64,000 nucleotides of DNA from Escherichia coli (GCF_044647545.1 NZ_CP172818.1); one strand, 5' to 3'. Shown: positions 27,938 to 37,696, numbered from the stretch's first letter. Program-made: numbers and translations. Notes: generated from the sequence alone by a model not told the origin.

Positions 27938-29179
27938 ATGGCAAGAAAAACCAAGCCGTTAACTGATACGGAAATCAAAGCCGCCAAACCTAAAGATGCC
28001 GATTACCAGCTTTATGACGGTGACGGGCTTACTCTGTTAATCAAGTCCAGTGGCAGTAAGCTTTGGCAATTCCGTTACTATCGGCCTTTGACCAAGCAGC
28101 GAACCAAACAGAGCTTCGGTGCCTATCCTGCCGTCTCGCTTTCTGATGCACGTAAACTCAGAGCCGAATCTAAAGTTTTATTGGCGAAAGACATTGATCC
28201 TCAGGAACATCAGAAAGAACAGGTGAGGAATTCTCAAGAGGCCAAAACCAATACCTTCTTGTTAGTTGCCGAGCGTTGGTGGAATGTGAAGAAAACCAGC
28301 GTAACAGAGGACTATGCCGACGATATCTGGCGCTCGCTTGAGAGAGATATTTTCCCGGCAATCGGTGATATCAGTATCACTGAGATTAAGGCTCATACTC
28401 TGGTTAAAGCAGTTCAGCCGGTTCAGGCCAGAGGTGCATTAGAGACTGTTCGCCGCCTTTGTCAGCGTATTAACGAAGTCATGATTTATGCGCAGAACAC
28501 AGGCCTGATTGATGCTGTTCCTAGTGTAAATATCGGAAAAGCTTTCGAGAAACCGCAAAAGAAAAACATGCCAAGCATCCGGCCGGATCAACTTCCGCAG
28601 CTAATGCACACCATGCGTACGGCAAGTATCAGCATGTCCACAAGATGCCTGTTCATGTGGCAACTTCTAACCATCACCCGCCCTGCCGAAGCTGCTGAGG
28701 CTCGATGGGATGAGATCGATTTCAATGCTAGCGAATGGAAAATTCCTGCAGCTCGAATGAAGATGAACCGGGACCATACGGTTCCACTATCTGATGGGGC
28801 TCTTGCTATTCTGGAAATGATGAAGCCTCTCAGTGGTGGCCGAGAATTTATCTTTCCTAGCCGTATCAAGCCCAACCAACCAATGAATAGCCAAACAGTG
28901 AATGCAGCACTCAAGCGTGCTGGCTTAGGAGGTGTACTTGTTTCACACGGCTTGCGTTCTATCGCCAGTACGGCACTCAATGAGGAAGGATTTCCACCTG
29001 ATGTCATTGAAGCAGCGCTTGCTCATGTAGACAAAAATGAGGTGCGTCGCGCTTATAACCGCAGTGATTATCTTGAGCAACGTCGTCCGATGATGCAATG
29101 GTGGGCTGATCTCGTAAAAGCAGCAGATAGTGGTAGCATCGTTTTAACTCATTTGAGCAAAATTCGTCTTGTCGGATAA
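27938..29179 (+). CDS. intA: P4-type tyrosine integrase, 413 aa
   Basis: ORF 27902-29179; start taken at MARKTKPLTDTEIKAAKP; C-terminal catalytic region (HGLRSIAST...AHVDKNEVRRAYNRSDYLEQRR). Confidence 0.93.
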   Translation: MARKTKPLTDTEIKAAKPKDADYQLYDGDGLTLLIKSSGSKLWQFRYYRPLTKQRTKQSFGAYPAVSLSDARKLRAESKVLLAKDIDPQEHQKEQVRNSQEAKTNTFLLVAERWWNVKKTSVTEDYADDIWRSLERDIFPAIGDISITEIKAHTLVKAVQPVQARGALETVRRLCQRINEVMIYAQNTGLIDAVPSVNIGKAFEKPQKKNMPSIRPDQLPQLMHTMRTASISMSTRCLFMWQLLTITRPAEAAEARWDEIDFNASEWKIPAARMKMNRDHTVPLSDGALAILEMMKPLSGGREFIFPSRIKPNQPMNSQTVNAALKRAGLGGVLVSHGLRSIASTALNEEGFPPDVIEAALAHVDKNEVRRAYNRSDYLEQRRPMMQWWADLVKAADSGSIVLTHLSKIRLVG

Positions 29180-29422
29180 AATATTTATCAGCCCAGCTCT
29201 CTGGGCTGATATTTCTAAAAGATCGCACTAAATAGCTACGCGGAATAGTGCTCTACTTTCGTTTAGCCCTTTCAGAGGTAAGACATTAGGGCAATTTCAC
29301 TGTATGACTGCGCAGTCATCGAGTCTGTGGGGTGTTGCTCCTTTTGCAACGTATCACTTGTCAATAAATAGAAAGTGTAGATGTATTAGGCGCAGCTATT
29401 TAGTCTATATGGCAAGTAGTAA

Positions 29423-30379
29423 TTATTTACTTCTTTTTTTTCTACGAACAGCGCTATCGAAAGCTTGTTTTACATCTTCATTTTTTAAAGACCATTGATT
29501 TAAAATAGTATCAACCAAAGCATCTTGACTCATTGTTGCTACACGATATTTTTTATTTTGATTATTTATCTCAAACTCTGACATTTGAATAAAATCCCAT
29601 AGCGGTTCGATAAGTTCATTAACTGCTACAACCTTATTTTTCCACCCATCATTCGGAACAGAGTCATTAATTAGCTCAACCAACTTCAGTTGAATGATAT
29701 GGTACACTTCCGCTTTGCTTTTGCCACCCTTCTTTCCTGCACTCCGCCTGACTTCTGATAATTTTTTTTGATTACAAACAGAGATGTTAAACCAAGTCAT
29801 ACCTATGCACTTATCAAATAACTCCGCAGCCCGATGAAATGCTTTAAAGGCAACGTTTTCATTTTCAGACATGATAGATTTTCCCCAGAAAAAAGAGATT
29901 GAGGCGAACATAAGGTGTGCCTTGAAAATGTCATTAATGGAAAATGGCTCGATAACAAGAGGTAAAAACGTTTCCTTGGTAAGGTTTGAACTTAGATTTT
30001 TCCAGCATTCTTGAGCTGGATCATATAATTCAGTGTATTCTTCCTTTATCTCCAGTTGCCCATTCACTGTATGGTGCCTTGTTTCCCATGGTACATCGCA
30101 GGAATATAACCTCACACGAGTACCTATTTTCTCAGAGCTCCAGAATTGCTCTCGCATTCTGCCTAGCTCAATCCGTATTTCCGGATGATCTTCCTCTAGA
30201 ACATCAGTATCCACCGCCCATTCGCATTCGGACATGTGATAGGCGAGATCACGTCGTTTTCTACAAATTTGTTCATAAAAATCATTCAGAGAAATCATAA
30301 AACCACCATAAATCAATGTATTAGAGGTTGTAAAAATTGTATTTTTGGTACATGGGTTTTTTGCCTTAAAGATACCCAT
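29423..30379 (-). CDS. yfjH: Hypothetical protein YfjH, 318 aa, AT-rich, no recognisable motif
   Basis: ORF 29423-30499; start taken at the Met (MGIFKAK...) that avoids overlap with alpA; divergent from alpA. Confidence 0.8.
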   Translation of the reverse strand: MGIFKAKNPCTKNTIFTTSNTLIYGGFMISLNDFYEQICRKRRDLAYHMSECEWAVDTDVLEEDHPEIRIELGRMREQFWSSEKIGTRVRLYSCDVPWETRHHTVNGQLEIKEEYTELYDPAQECWKNLSSNLTKETFLPLVIEPFSINDIFKAHLMFASISFFWGKSIMSENENVAFKAFHRAAELFDKCIGMTWFNISVCNQKKLSEVRRSAGKKGGKSKAEVYHIIQLKLVELINDSVPNDGWKNKVVAVNELIEPLWDFIQMSEFEINNQNKKYRVATMSQDALVDTILNQWSLKNEDVKQAFDSAVRRKKRSK

Positions 30380-30422
30380 TAATCTCTCTGCAACCAAAGT
30401 GAACCAATGAGAGGCAACAAGA

Positions 30423-30635
30423 ATGAACAATCGATCGGCCGTTAGAATACTACGGTTACCAGCGGTTATCCAAAAAACAGGTATGGCACGGGCCACCATC
30501 TATGACTGGTTGAACCCCAAATCACCACGATACGATGCCACCTTTCCCAAAAAGCGAATGCTCGGCGTGAAATCTGTCGGATGGATTGAGGCCGAGATTG
30601 ATGAGTGGTTATCACAACGCTGTAAACTTATTTGA
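30423..30635 (+). CDS. alpA: AlpA-family prophage transcriptional regulator (excisionase-like HTH), 70 aa
   Basis: ORF track; translation MNNRSAVRILRLPAVIQKTGMARATIYDWLN... Confidence 0.92.
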   Translation: MNNRSAVRILRLPAVIQKTGMARATIYDWLNPKSPRYDATFPKKRMLGVKSVGWIEAEIDEWLSQRCKLI

Positions 30636-30763
30636 GGGTGTTACATGAATTCATACTCAATTGCTGTCATCGGAGTGTAAACATCCTGCTATTTCCGCCA
30701 TTAATAGCGGAATAGCCATATTTGCTAAACAATTTCTTAATTTAATTAAATAAGAGGCATTGC

Positions 30764-32173
30764 ATGTTCAATGGTCGTCCTTTCCCTGTAGATGCATTTC
30801 CTAAAATTATCAGGAATGCAATTTATGAAGTGGAACAGCATACGCAGGCCCCTCAAGGTTTGATTGCTGCTTCTGCTCTTGGGGTAATTTCTCTTGCCTG
30901 TCAGAACCGGATTGATGTTTGCCGATTGAATAATCTACGTGGCCCGGTATCACTTTTCTTAATGACTCTGGCTGAATCAGGTGAACGTAAGAGTACGGTT
31001 GATAAACTGCTGATGAAGCCATTATATCAACTGGAAGAGGATTTATTTGAAAAATACACCCACGATCTTACCGCATGGAGAAATGATGAAGCAATTTTTA
31101 ATATTGAAAAAAAAGCACTGATGTCAAAACTTAAATCAGATATTCGACGTAACAAAGATCACTTGGCAACAAATGAAAGACTTAAAGAACTACTTACGAC
31201 AAACCCGAAAGCTCCAGTGAGATTCAAATTTTTATTTAACGATGCCACACCTGCAGCTATTAAAGCTCATCTCTGTGGGCACTGGCGATCAGTCGGCATC
31301 ATGTCTGATGAAGCTGGGATCATTTTTAATGGTTACACACTTAACGAGCTGCCGTTTATCAATAAGATGTGGGATGGTTCAATATTTACGGTGGAAAGGA
31401 AAAACGAGCCCGAGAAATTAATTAGAGATGCAAGAATAACACTGTCGCTGATGGTCCAGCCTAATGTTTTTAAGGGTTATATCGACAGGAAAGGAGATAT
31501 GGCAAAGGGGATTGGATTTTTTGCACGGTGCCTCATGTGCCAGCCTGCTTCAACACAAGGTAACAGAAAAATTTCCAACCCAATTTTTTCAAATGAACAT
31601 TTGCCGGTATTTCACCAACGTCTTATGGAAATTGTTAATGAGAGCATCATTAAAATTAATGAAAATAATCGCATCTGCCTCCGATTCTCTGCAGAAGCAG
31701 AAAGACATTGGATCGAATTCTACAACCAGGTCGAGTCAGAAATGAGAATGATTGGCCTTCTTTATGATTTTAAGGATTATGCTTCTAAAATGGCGGAGAA
31801 CATGGCGAGGCTTGCTGCCTTACTTCATTACTTCAGCGGTGATGGAGGCGATATATCTGTTACCGCAGTAAAAGCAGCAGTGGAGATAGTGGCTTGGTAT
31901 ATTGAAGAATACATCCGCTTGTTCTCTAAAAAAGAAGAGTTTTCTTTAGATGTTTCAGAAGCAGATGAGCTTTATTGTTGGATAAAAGATTACTGCACGC
32001 AAAAATTTTCTTCCTGCATCAAGAAAAATATTATCTTACAATTTGGGCCAAATAAATTTAGAAATCGTGACAAGGCAAATGAATTAATTAGAATCTTAAT
32101 TTCACAAAACAAAATATTTATATCTTCATGGGGTAAAACAAAAATAATAAACATAACTCATTGTGTTTTTTGA
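30764..32173 (+). CDS. yfjI: YfjI, DUF3987-type protein (primase-associated family in integrative elements), 469 aa
   Basis: ORF track; length and order match the K-12 island; family assignment by recollection. Confidence 0.85.
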   Translation: MFNGRPFPVDAFPKIIRNAIYEVEQHTQAPQGLIAASALGVISLACQNRIDVCRLNNLRGPVSLFLMTLAESGERKSTVDKLLMKPLYQLEEDLFEKYTHDLTAWRNDEAIFNIEKKALMSKLKSDIRRNKDHLATNERLKELLTTNPKAPVRFKFLFNDATPAAIKAHLCGHWRSVGIMSDEAGIIFNGYTLNELPFINKMWDGSIFTVERKNEPEKLIRDARITLSLMVQPNVFKGYIDRKGDMAKGIGFFARCLMCQPASTQGNRKISNPIFSNEHLPVFHQRLMEIVNESIIKINENNRICLRFSAEAERHWIEFYNQVESEMRMIGLLYDFKDYASKMAENMARLAALLHYFSGDGGDISVTAVKAAVEIVAWYIEEYIRLFSKKEEFSLDVSEADELYCWIKDYCTQKFSSCIKKNIILQFGPNKFRNRDKANELIRILISQNKIFISSWGKTKIINITHCVF

Positions 32174-32325
32174 TTTTAATGACAATCTAAAAGGACTTAA
32201 TTTAAGAGTAAAAACAAACTCTAAACCCAGTTCGGATAAAAGCTTGTCATCTTGATAGGTAATATATAGGTACATAGACACATCAGAACGATCACTTACT
32301 CCAATATCATTGGCCAGGATACTAT

Positions 32326-32952
32326 ATGACATACGATAGTGAATTCGGATCACATGTATCCCTATATCGGGATAGAATCAAACAGGTTATTGATGACTCC
32401 CTAAACGAACATCTTAACTCAATGATTCTACGTGTTGATCTGCATGACCCAATTGATACAGAAAATATGGATAACCCATTCTTTCAACCCAGGGTTGACT
32501 CTGGTGCTATATCTCGCTTTACCAGTGCGTTAAAAGCAAAGCTTAAACATGATAAGCATATTAAAACTCAACGGAAAGACTGGCCTGATAGTCGACATTC
32601 CACTTTACGTTACGCATGGGTCAGAGAATATACCAAAAATAGAAAGCGGCATTACCATTTGATACTGTGTTTCAATCAGGATGCTTATTATCATTTAGGT
32701 GATTACGACTTAAACCGTAACACGTTACGTACAATGATAACGACAGCTTGGTACAGTGCACTTGGCATCCCTATAGATAGCTCGGGGAAGTTAGTTAATT
32801 ACCCGCCAAATGGCAAATACCTTCTCAATCGTAAAAGGGACAACTTTGAGCAGACTTATAGCGATTTGATGAATAGGGTGGATTACATGACCAAAGTAAG
32901 GACTAAAATAGTCGGTGACGGAGACCGTAATTTCGGCTGCAGTCGCGGGTAA
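32326..32952 (+). CDS. yfjJ: YfjJ, YagK/YfjJ family (inovirus Gp2-like replication-initiator family), 208 aa
   Basis: ORF track; family assignment by recollection. Confidence 0.8.
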   Translation: MTYDSEFGSHVSLYRDRIKQVIDDSLNEHLNSMILRVDLHDPIDTENMDNPFFQPRVDSGAISRFTSALKAKLKHDKHIKTQRKDWPDSRHSTLRYAWVREYTKNRKRHYHLILCFNQDAYYHLGDYDLNRNTLRTMITTAWYSALGIPIDSSGKLVNYPPNGKYLLNRKRDNFEQTYSDLMNRVDYMTKVRTKIVGDGDRNFGCSRG

Positions 32953-33129
32953 TTTATTTTTTACAACAATGGCCTTTCTTATGGCTGGAAAGGCCTGATT
33001 TGTTTGTATTAAGATATCGGTAATCTTTTGATGGTTGGAAGCCCGTCCTGGTAGACGACCTAGCCTACCGAAGATGTGAGTTATTCAAAAATGTCGCTTT
33101 CCCGCGTTCCGTAGACAAACGTACCTAAA

Positions 33130-35319
33130 TCAATGTCGTCTAATACCGAGCGCGCGCCTGATAAACATCTGATCAACGTACCCAATCGATCTACTCCAAA
33201 TGTCCTGAGTATCCCGAAGATACTGGCTCAACTCATCCACATCAGCCTCGTCGGAAAATTCCAGCAAGTCTACCAGTCGGTGTAACGTCTGAATGGGAAT
33301 GCCAATCTCTTCTAAGGCATTGACACCTGGTGGTAGATGGAAACTTTCGAACGCCAATTTGACATGTGTGTAATCGACTTTGCTGCGTATACCACGCTTT
33401 ACAGCGTGGTGTTTAACTACATCCTCCATCAAGCTGAGCACCTTAGGTAGGGTATAGCCGAAGGTATTGGTTATGAGCTTCAAATCATTGTTGAGGGCAA
33501 TGGAAAGAGTACGTTTCTCCCCTTCAGAAATCCACTGTCGTGCATAATCGATCTGATTTTTCAGATATTCCGAATAACTTTCAGCACTTAAATAGCCGGC
33601 AAGTTTTGCGATCATGACATCCGTAGGCTTAACAGGGACCCCATTGCGACTGAACGTATGGGGAACCAGTCTGGCAATGATCTTTGCAAAGGTCTTGAGG
33701 AAGTTTGTCGCGGGAGTCCAGTGAAACACTAACGAGGAAAATTCGTTATCGTCCATCATCTCGAACATGCTTTGCAGCATTTCGAACTGCTCGACACGGA
33801 AGTACGAATGCTTCTTCACAAGGTCGATGGAAACACGGTCGTTTATGAAAACCTCATCAAAGCGATCCTGTGAAAACTCGGACAAGTGGTCTGGTTGAAC
33901 GCTGGCTAACAGGTTGATTGGGGTATCAATGCCCTGAATACCGAGCGGAATATCCACCTCTTGATTGAGATTGTCTTCCGGGATTTCCTCCAGGCAAAAG
34001 ATTTTGCCGACGAAGTGAACGCCCATGCGCCCGGCGCGACCTTTGATGTTCCCATGGGTGAATTTGTCAATGCTGCGAGTTCCATCGCGGTTGTCGTAGA
34101 TCACAACGTTCTTAGCGATAGTGTTGACTCCTTCAATGATCGTGGAGGTGCAGAGCAAAAAGCGCAGTTTTCCAGCATTGAATTGGTCGGCAGTGTATTG
34201 CTGCAGTGCCCTCGGTAGCGCGCCAAAATGCAAGCCAATACCGTTTCTAAGGGCGACTGTGTAATCCCAGTCGGCATCGAACTCTTCGCTGACCCAGTCG
34301 ACATGGGGATTCTCAGTCGGAGTGCCATGCCCAAGCCTGATCAGCTCGCGCGCCACCAGGCCCGCAACAGTTGGTGACTTGCAATAAATGATCGTTGCGT
34401 CGACACATGCGTGCGCGATTTCCCCCAGCGCTTTGAGCTTGGCTTTGTCGTCATTCGCTTTGATGCCGAACGTCTTAACATCTAGCGCGACTGTATTGAA
34501 GTCGGTAGAAACGAAAGTATGCGGATATCCAAGTTTTTCGAGACCGCGAATGCTGTTAACGAACGGTCCCGTCAGGTAAAACTGCCTGGAGACCTTAAGC
34601 AGTTTGCTTAACGCAATGTTGAGCTCGATGACTCGTTCGTCTTGATGATCAATGTCCCCGCTTTTCAGTTGTCGGAACGCCAACTTGTAAAACTCGTCAA
34701 TGACGAAGAGGTCAATGTCGACGATGTCGTCACGCTCGTTCACTCGCTCCTGAGTTAACACATAAACAGCCTGATCGGAATGGCACACTTGGGAACTGTG
34801 GTGGATGATCTGATATCGGTCACCGAATCGCTCTTGCAGTCGGCGACGGGTTTCGTCGGCAAGAGCCACGGTTGGAACAACCAGAACAAGCCGTTTCAAA
34901 GTTCCCATGCCGAGCAATGAATCGACGATTGCACTTTTGCCCATGCTTGTAGGTGCACTCAGCACCACGTTTTGACCAGACTTGAGCAGATCGAATATGT
35001 GGAACTGCATTGAGTGGAAAACATAACCATCCGAGAATGGCGTCCGGTATAGCTCAAGCACCCTCAGGTCATCCGGTGTCAGGCTGGTGAACTCCTTTTT
35101 GAGATACGGGAACAAACCTGATTTTCTCACCATATTTTTCAAAATTGTGGTGTGCTCGGAAAACCGCTCGCGCGAATCGAGAGCTCGCACGATCAAGTCC
35201 CGTCCCAAGTCATACGAAACAGGGTTAGACAACAGCTTGTTAACCGCAAACAGATAATTGAACGATGAGAAGTCCTCACCCTGCAGGCTATGTTTCGCCT
35301 GTTCATAGATCTCTGTCAT
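33130..35319 (-). CDS. yfjK: SF2 DEAD/DEAH-box helicase YfjK, 729 aa
   Basis: ORF track; Walker A APTSMGKS, motif II VIDEFY, motif VI GRAGRMG visible in the translation; start overlaps yfjL stop (ATGA). Confidence 0.92.
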   Translation of the reverse strand: MTEIYEQAKHSLQGEDFSSFNYLFAVNKLLSNPVSYDLGRDLIVRALDSRERFSEHTTILKNMVRKSGLFPYLKKEFTSLTPDDLRVLELYRTPFSDGYVFHSMQFHIFDLLKSGQNVVLSAPTSMGKSAIVDSLLGMGTLKRLVLVVPTVALADETRRRLQERFGDRYQIIHHSSQVCHSDQAVYVLTQERVNERDDIVDIDLFVIDEFYKLAFRQLKSGDIDHQDERVIELNIALSKLLKVSRQFYLTGPFVNSIRGLEKLGYPHTFVSTDFNTVALDVKTFGIKANDDKAKLKALGEIAHACVDATIIYCKSPTVAGLVARELIRLGHGTPTENPHVDWVSEEFDADWDYTVALRNGIGLHFGALPRALQQYTADQFNAGKLRFLLCTSTIIEGVNTIAKNVVIYDNRDGTRSIDKFTHGNIKGRAGRMGVHFVGKIFCLEEIPEDNLNQEVDIPLGIQGIDTPINLLASVQPDHLSEFSQDRFDEVFINDRVSIDLVKKHSYFRVEQFEMLQSMFEMMDDNEFSSLVFHWTPATNFLKTFAKIIARLVPHTFSRNGVPVKPTDVMIAKLAGYLSAESYSEYLKNQIDYARQWISEGEKRTLSIALNNDLKLITNTFGYTLPKVLSLMEDVVKHHAVKRGIRSKVDYTHVKLAFESFHLPPGVNALEEIGIPIQTLHRLVDLLEFSDEADVDELSQYLRDTQDIWSRSIGYVDQMFIRRALGIRRH

Positions 35320-36932
35320 ACGACCTCTCTCACCTTCTCATCAACTAATTGGGTTAACCGCTCAAGACTCGGGGCTGGATAAATGAATACGTGGATGCAA
35401 AGATTCGCAAACGGCGAATCCTCGATGAGGTCAGCCGCGAATTTTTCGAACAGCACCGCTGTTTCTTTCTCCAGGTCATCCTCGAACCCCGGCGTTTCAG
35501 GCTCGGTTAGTAGATTAGAGTCGTAGCCCACGAACAGAACAAACGTGAAACGATCGAGGTGAGCATCGAAAGGTTGGCTGCCATCAAGAATTTCGTCAAT
35601 GTCGTGGCGAAGCAGGTAGTTATCGTCTTTAATGTCGAGGATTTTTTTGCGCGCGGTATCGATGCAATCCGAAATGTCCTCGTACAACTGATCCCGTATC
35701 TCCGGCAATCTGACGGCAATGTTAATATCAGTCACCAACTCGCTGAAGCCAATCCAAAGCTGATCACCTTCTGGATCGCGGCGAACGATATGCACGTTTT
35801 CAAGAATTTTTTCGGCCCCTGCTTTTTCCACGTATAGCATGCAAGGAATAGGCTGGCTTTCGTGGTGCTGCCGGATCGTTGCGTGCAACAGCACTCGACC
35901 CAAAAATTCGCTGACGTCATGGAGCGATTTGAAGACGGAATTCTTTAGTCGTTCTCGCTTTTCAATGAATGTCAGTTTATGAATATCAGACATTTCTTTT
36001 GGTCGGAGAAAAACCTCATCCAACCATTGACAGACGTTATCCGCGATGTGCTTGTAGCGGTATTTCTTAAGTGAGTACTGCTGATGTAGAACCTGGCCTT
36101 TACGCTTAGCGCAGACCGAAGCCATAGGCGCTCTAAATGGCGTAAGGATGTGGGGTAAGTCCCGTTTGACGTAGATTTTGCGGCCTGACCGAGATTGGTC
36201 ATCTTCGACACGCTGCTTGAACCACTCAAGTAGGTCTGGTCGTAAGTAGGACTTGTCATCAGCACTGTGAATGCGTCGAGAATGCTCGCCCTTGCGCGTC
36301 ACAGTATCAAGGATGCGGCACCAAATGTCTTCGGCGACGGTTTCGGAACTGAGAATGACCCCATGTAGATCTTGGGAGGCCAGCCGTATGTTCTTGATCC
36401 CTAGAAGTTCCAGTTCGCGCAGGGATGAAAACACTTCCCATGTAGCCGCATCGATCCAATCTGAAACGCTTATACCTGAGTCTGTTAAAAAATTGTCTGT
36501 GCGTTTGTTGAGGTCATCGATGAGTTCCTGTCGACCTGGCTTATCTAGTCGGGCGTTTGGGCTGATCGTCAAGTACTCAAGGGTTTTGTTGACCTTTTCC
36601 TCTGTGACGATGGAGTACCTACGTCCAAGGGACAGGTCAGACTCACACTGCATTGATTTGTGCAAAATTGAACTGCAGGGGATCGTCTTTTTATCAGCAC
36701 CTTTTGAATTCTGAACGATGTCCGAAATGTTCCAACGTGTTTTGCCGGTGCTTTTTACCTGAACGAAGTCGATGTATCCATCAGATACAATGTCGATATC
36801 GTCTGTGACCTCGCAGCGCACACTGCGGATAGTCTTGTCACGAAGCATTCGGGTGACATGGTAAGCGGCTACGCAGTCCTGAAATAAGAAACCGTGCTTG
36901 GCGGCTACTCCGCCTGAATCGTTCGACTCCAT
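35316..36932 (-). CDS. yfjL: YfjL, 538 aa, putative nuclease-like N-terminal domain plus large C-terminal domain of unknown function
   Basis: ORF track; N-terminal GFLFQD...EVTDDIDIV...DFVQVKS resembles a PD-(D/E)xK/QxK core; translationally coupled to yfjK. Confidence 0.88.
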   Translation of the reverse strand: MESNDSGGVAAKHGFLFQDCVAAYHVTRMLRDKTIRSVRCEVTDDIDIVSDGYIDFVQVKSTGKTRWNISDIVQNSKGADKKTIPCSSILHKSMQCESDLSLGRRYSIVTEEKVNKTLEYLTISPNARLDKPGRQELIDDLNKRTDNFLTDSGISVSDWIDAATWEVFSSLRELELLGIKNIRLASQDLHGVILSSETVAEDIWCRILDTVTRKGEHSRRIHSADDKSYLRPDLLEWFKQRVEDDQSRSGRKIYVKRDLPHILTPFRAPMASVCAKRKGQVLHQQYSLKKYRYKHIADNVCQWLDEVFLRPKEMSDIHKLTFIEKRERLKNSVFKSLHDVSEFLGRVLLHATIRQHHESQPIPCMLYVEKAGAEKILENVHIVRRDPEGDQLWIGFSELVTDINIAVRLPEIRDQLYEDISDCIDTARKKILDIKDDNYLLRHDIDEILDGSQPFDAHLDRFTFVLFVGYDSNLLTEPETPGFEDDLEKETAVLFEKFAADLIEDSPFANLCIHVFIYPAPSLERLTQLVDEKVREVV

Positions 36933-37190
36933 TTAGACATCCGTGACAATTTTGCGAAAATTAAGGAGATGTTATGACACAGTCCAATCGGATCACTGCA
37001 TCATCACCAGTGATCTAAATACTTCACAGCCATTCTCGGTCGCAGGTATCAAGCTTTTCAGGATTCCACAAATATTGTAACCCTGACGTCTAATTTGGTT
37101 ATATAACATACTGCCCCAACTAACGTAAGGTAGGCACAGCCTTAATCAAGGTTTTGGTTTTCAAATAGTTCAGAGCTGAGACCGCCAACC

Positions 37191-37242
37191 GCACTATGGC
37201 ACTATGGCACTATGGCACTATGGCACTATGGCACTATGGCAC
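37191..37242. repeat. Octanucleotide tandem repeat (GCACTATG) x6.5 flanked by ACCGCCA
   Basis: Read directly: gcactatg repeated six times plus gcac; 7-bp ACCGCCA on both sides; lies between yfjM stop and yfjL start. Confidence 0.95.
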
Positions 37243-37291
37243 CGCCAGCGATTGTAATCACACTTGATATTATAAAACACAGTTGCACGCA

Positions 37292-37555
37292 TTATTTCCT
37301 GGTTGGTAGGGTCATATCTCGATGCTCTTTGAGCAATGTCAACATCGCGTGTTCATGGCTTTCTATATTGTTGATGCCTTGCCCATCCGGACCCCACTCC
37401 TTATAGCTCATCATGATGGCTTGTTTTGGGCTCTCTGCTCGTTCTGTTTCGACGTAGAATTTTTTCTTGTCTGCTGGCGAATAATTACTAAGTATCGAGT
37501 TGCTGCTTGGTGAGATCAGGAAGAGGTTACCGAAACGATGGACATCATCCCCCAT
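37292..37555 (-). CDS. yfjM: Hypothetical protein YfjM, 87 aa
   Basis: ORF track; divergent from rnlA. Confidence 0.7.
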
Positions 37556-37696
37556 TTTGTGGACTGCCCCCCCGGTAGACGATCCTGCCCTATAGTTGGA
37601 GTGCCCCCTATTCAGGTGGCTAAATTTAGCAAATCAATACACTTCAGGGGGGTATTATTGTAGAGTTTCCCCATATGTTTCTATGGGATCCAGGAA

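Noticed and set aside
35507-36714. Short ORFs on both strands within yfjL (for example 35559-35837, 36271-36714)
   Set aside because: Embedded in or antisense to the 538-aa yfjL reading frame, which is supported by translational coupling to yfjK.
37191-37242. Possible CRISPR array
   Set aside because: The repeat unit is only 8 bp with no spacers and no cas genes; it is a simple tandem microsatellite.
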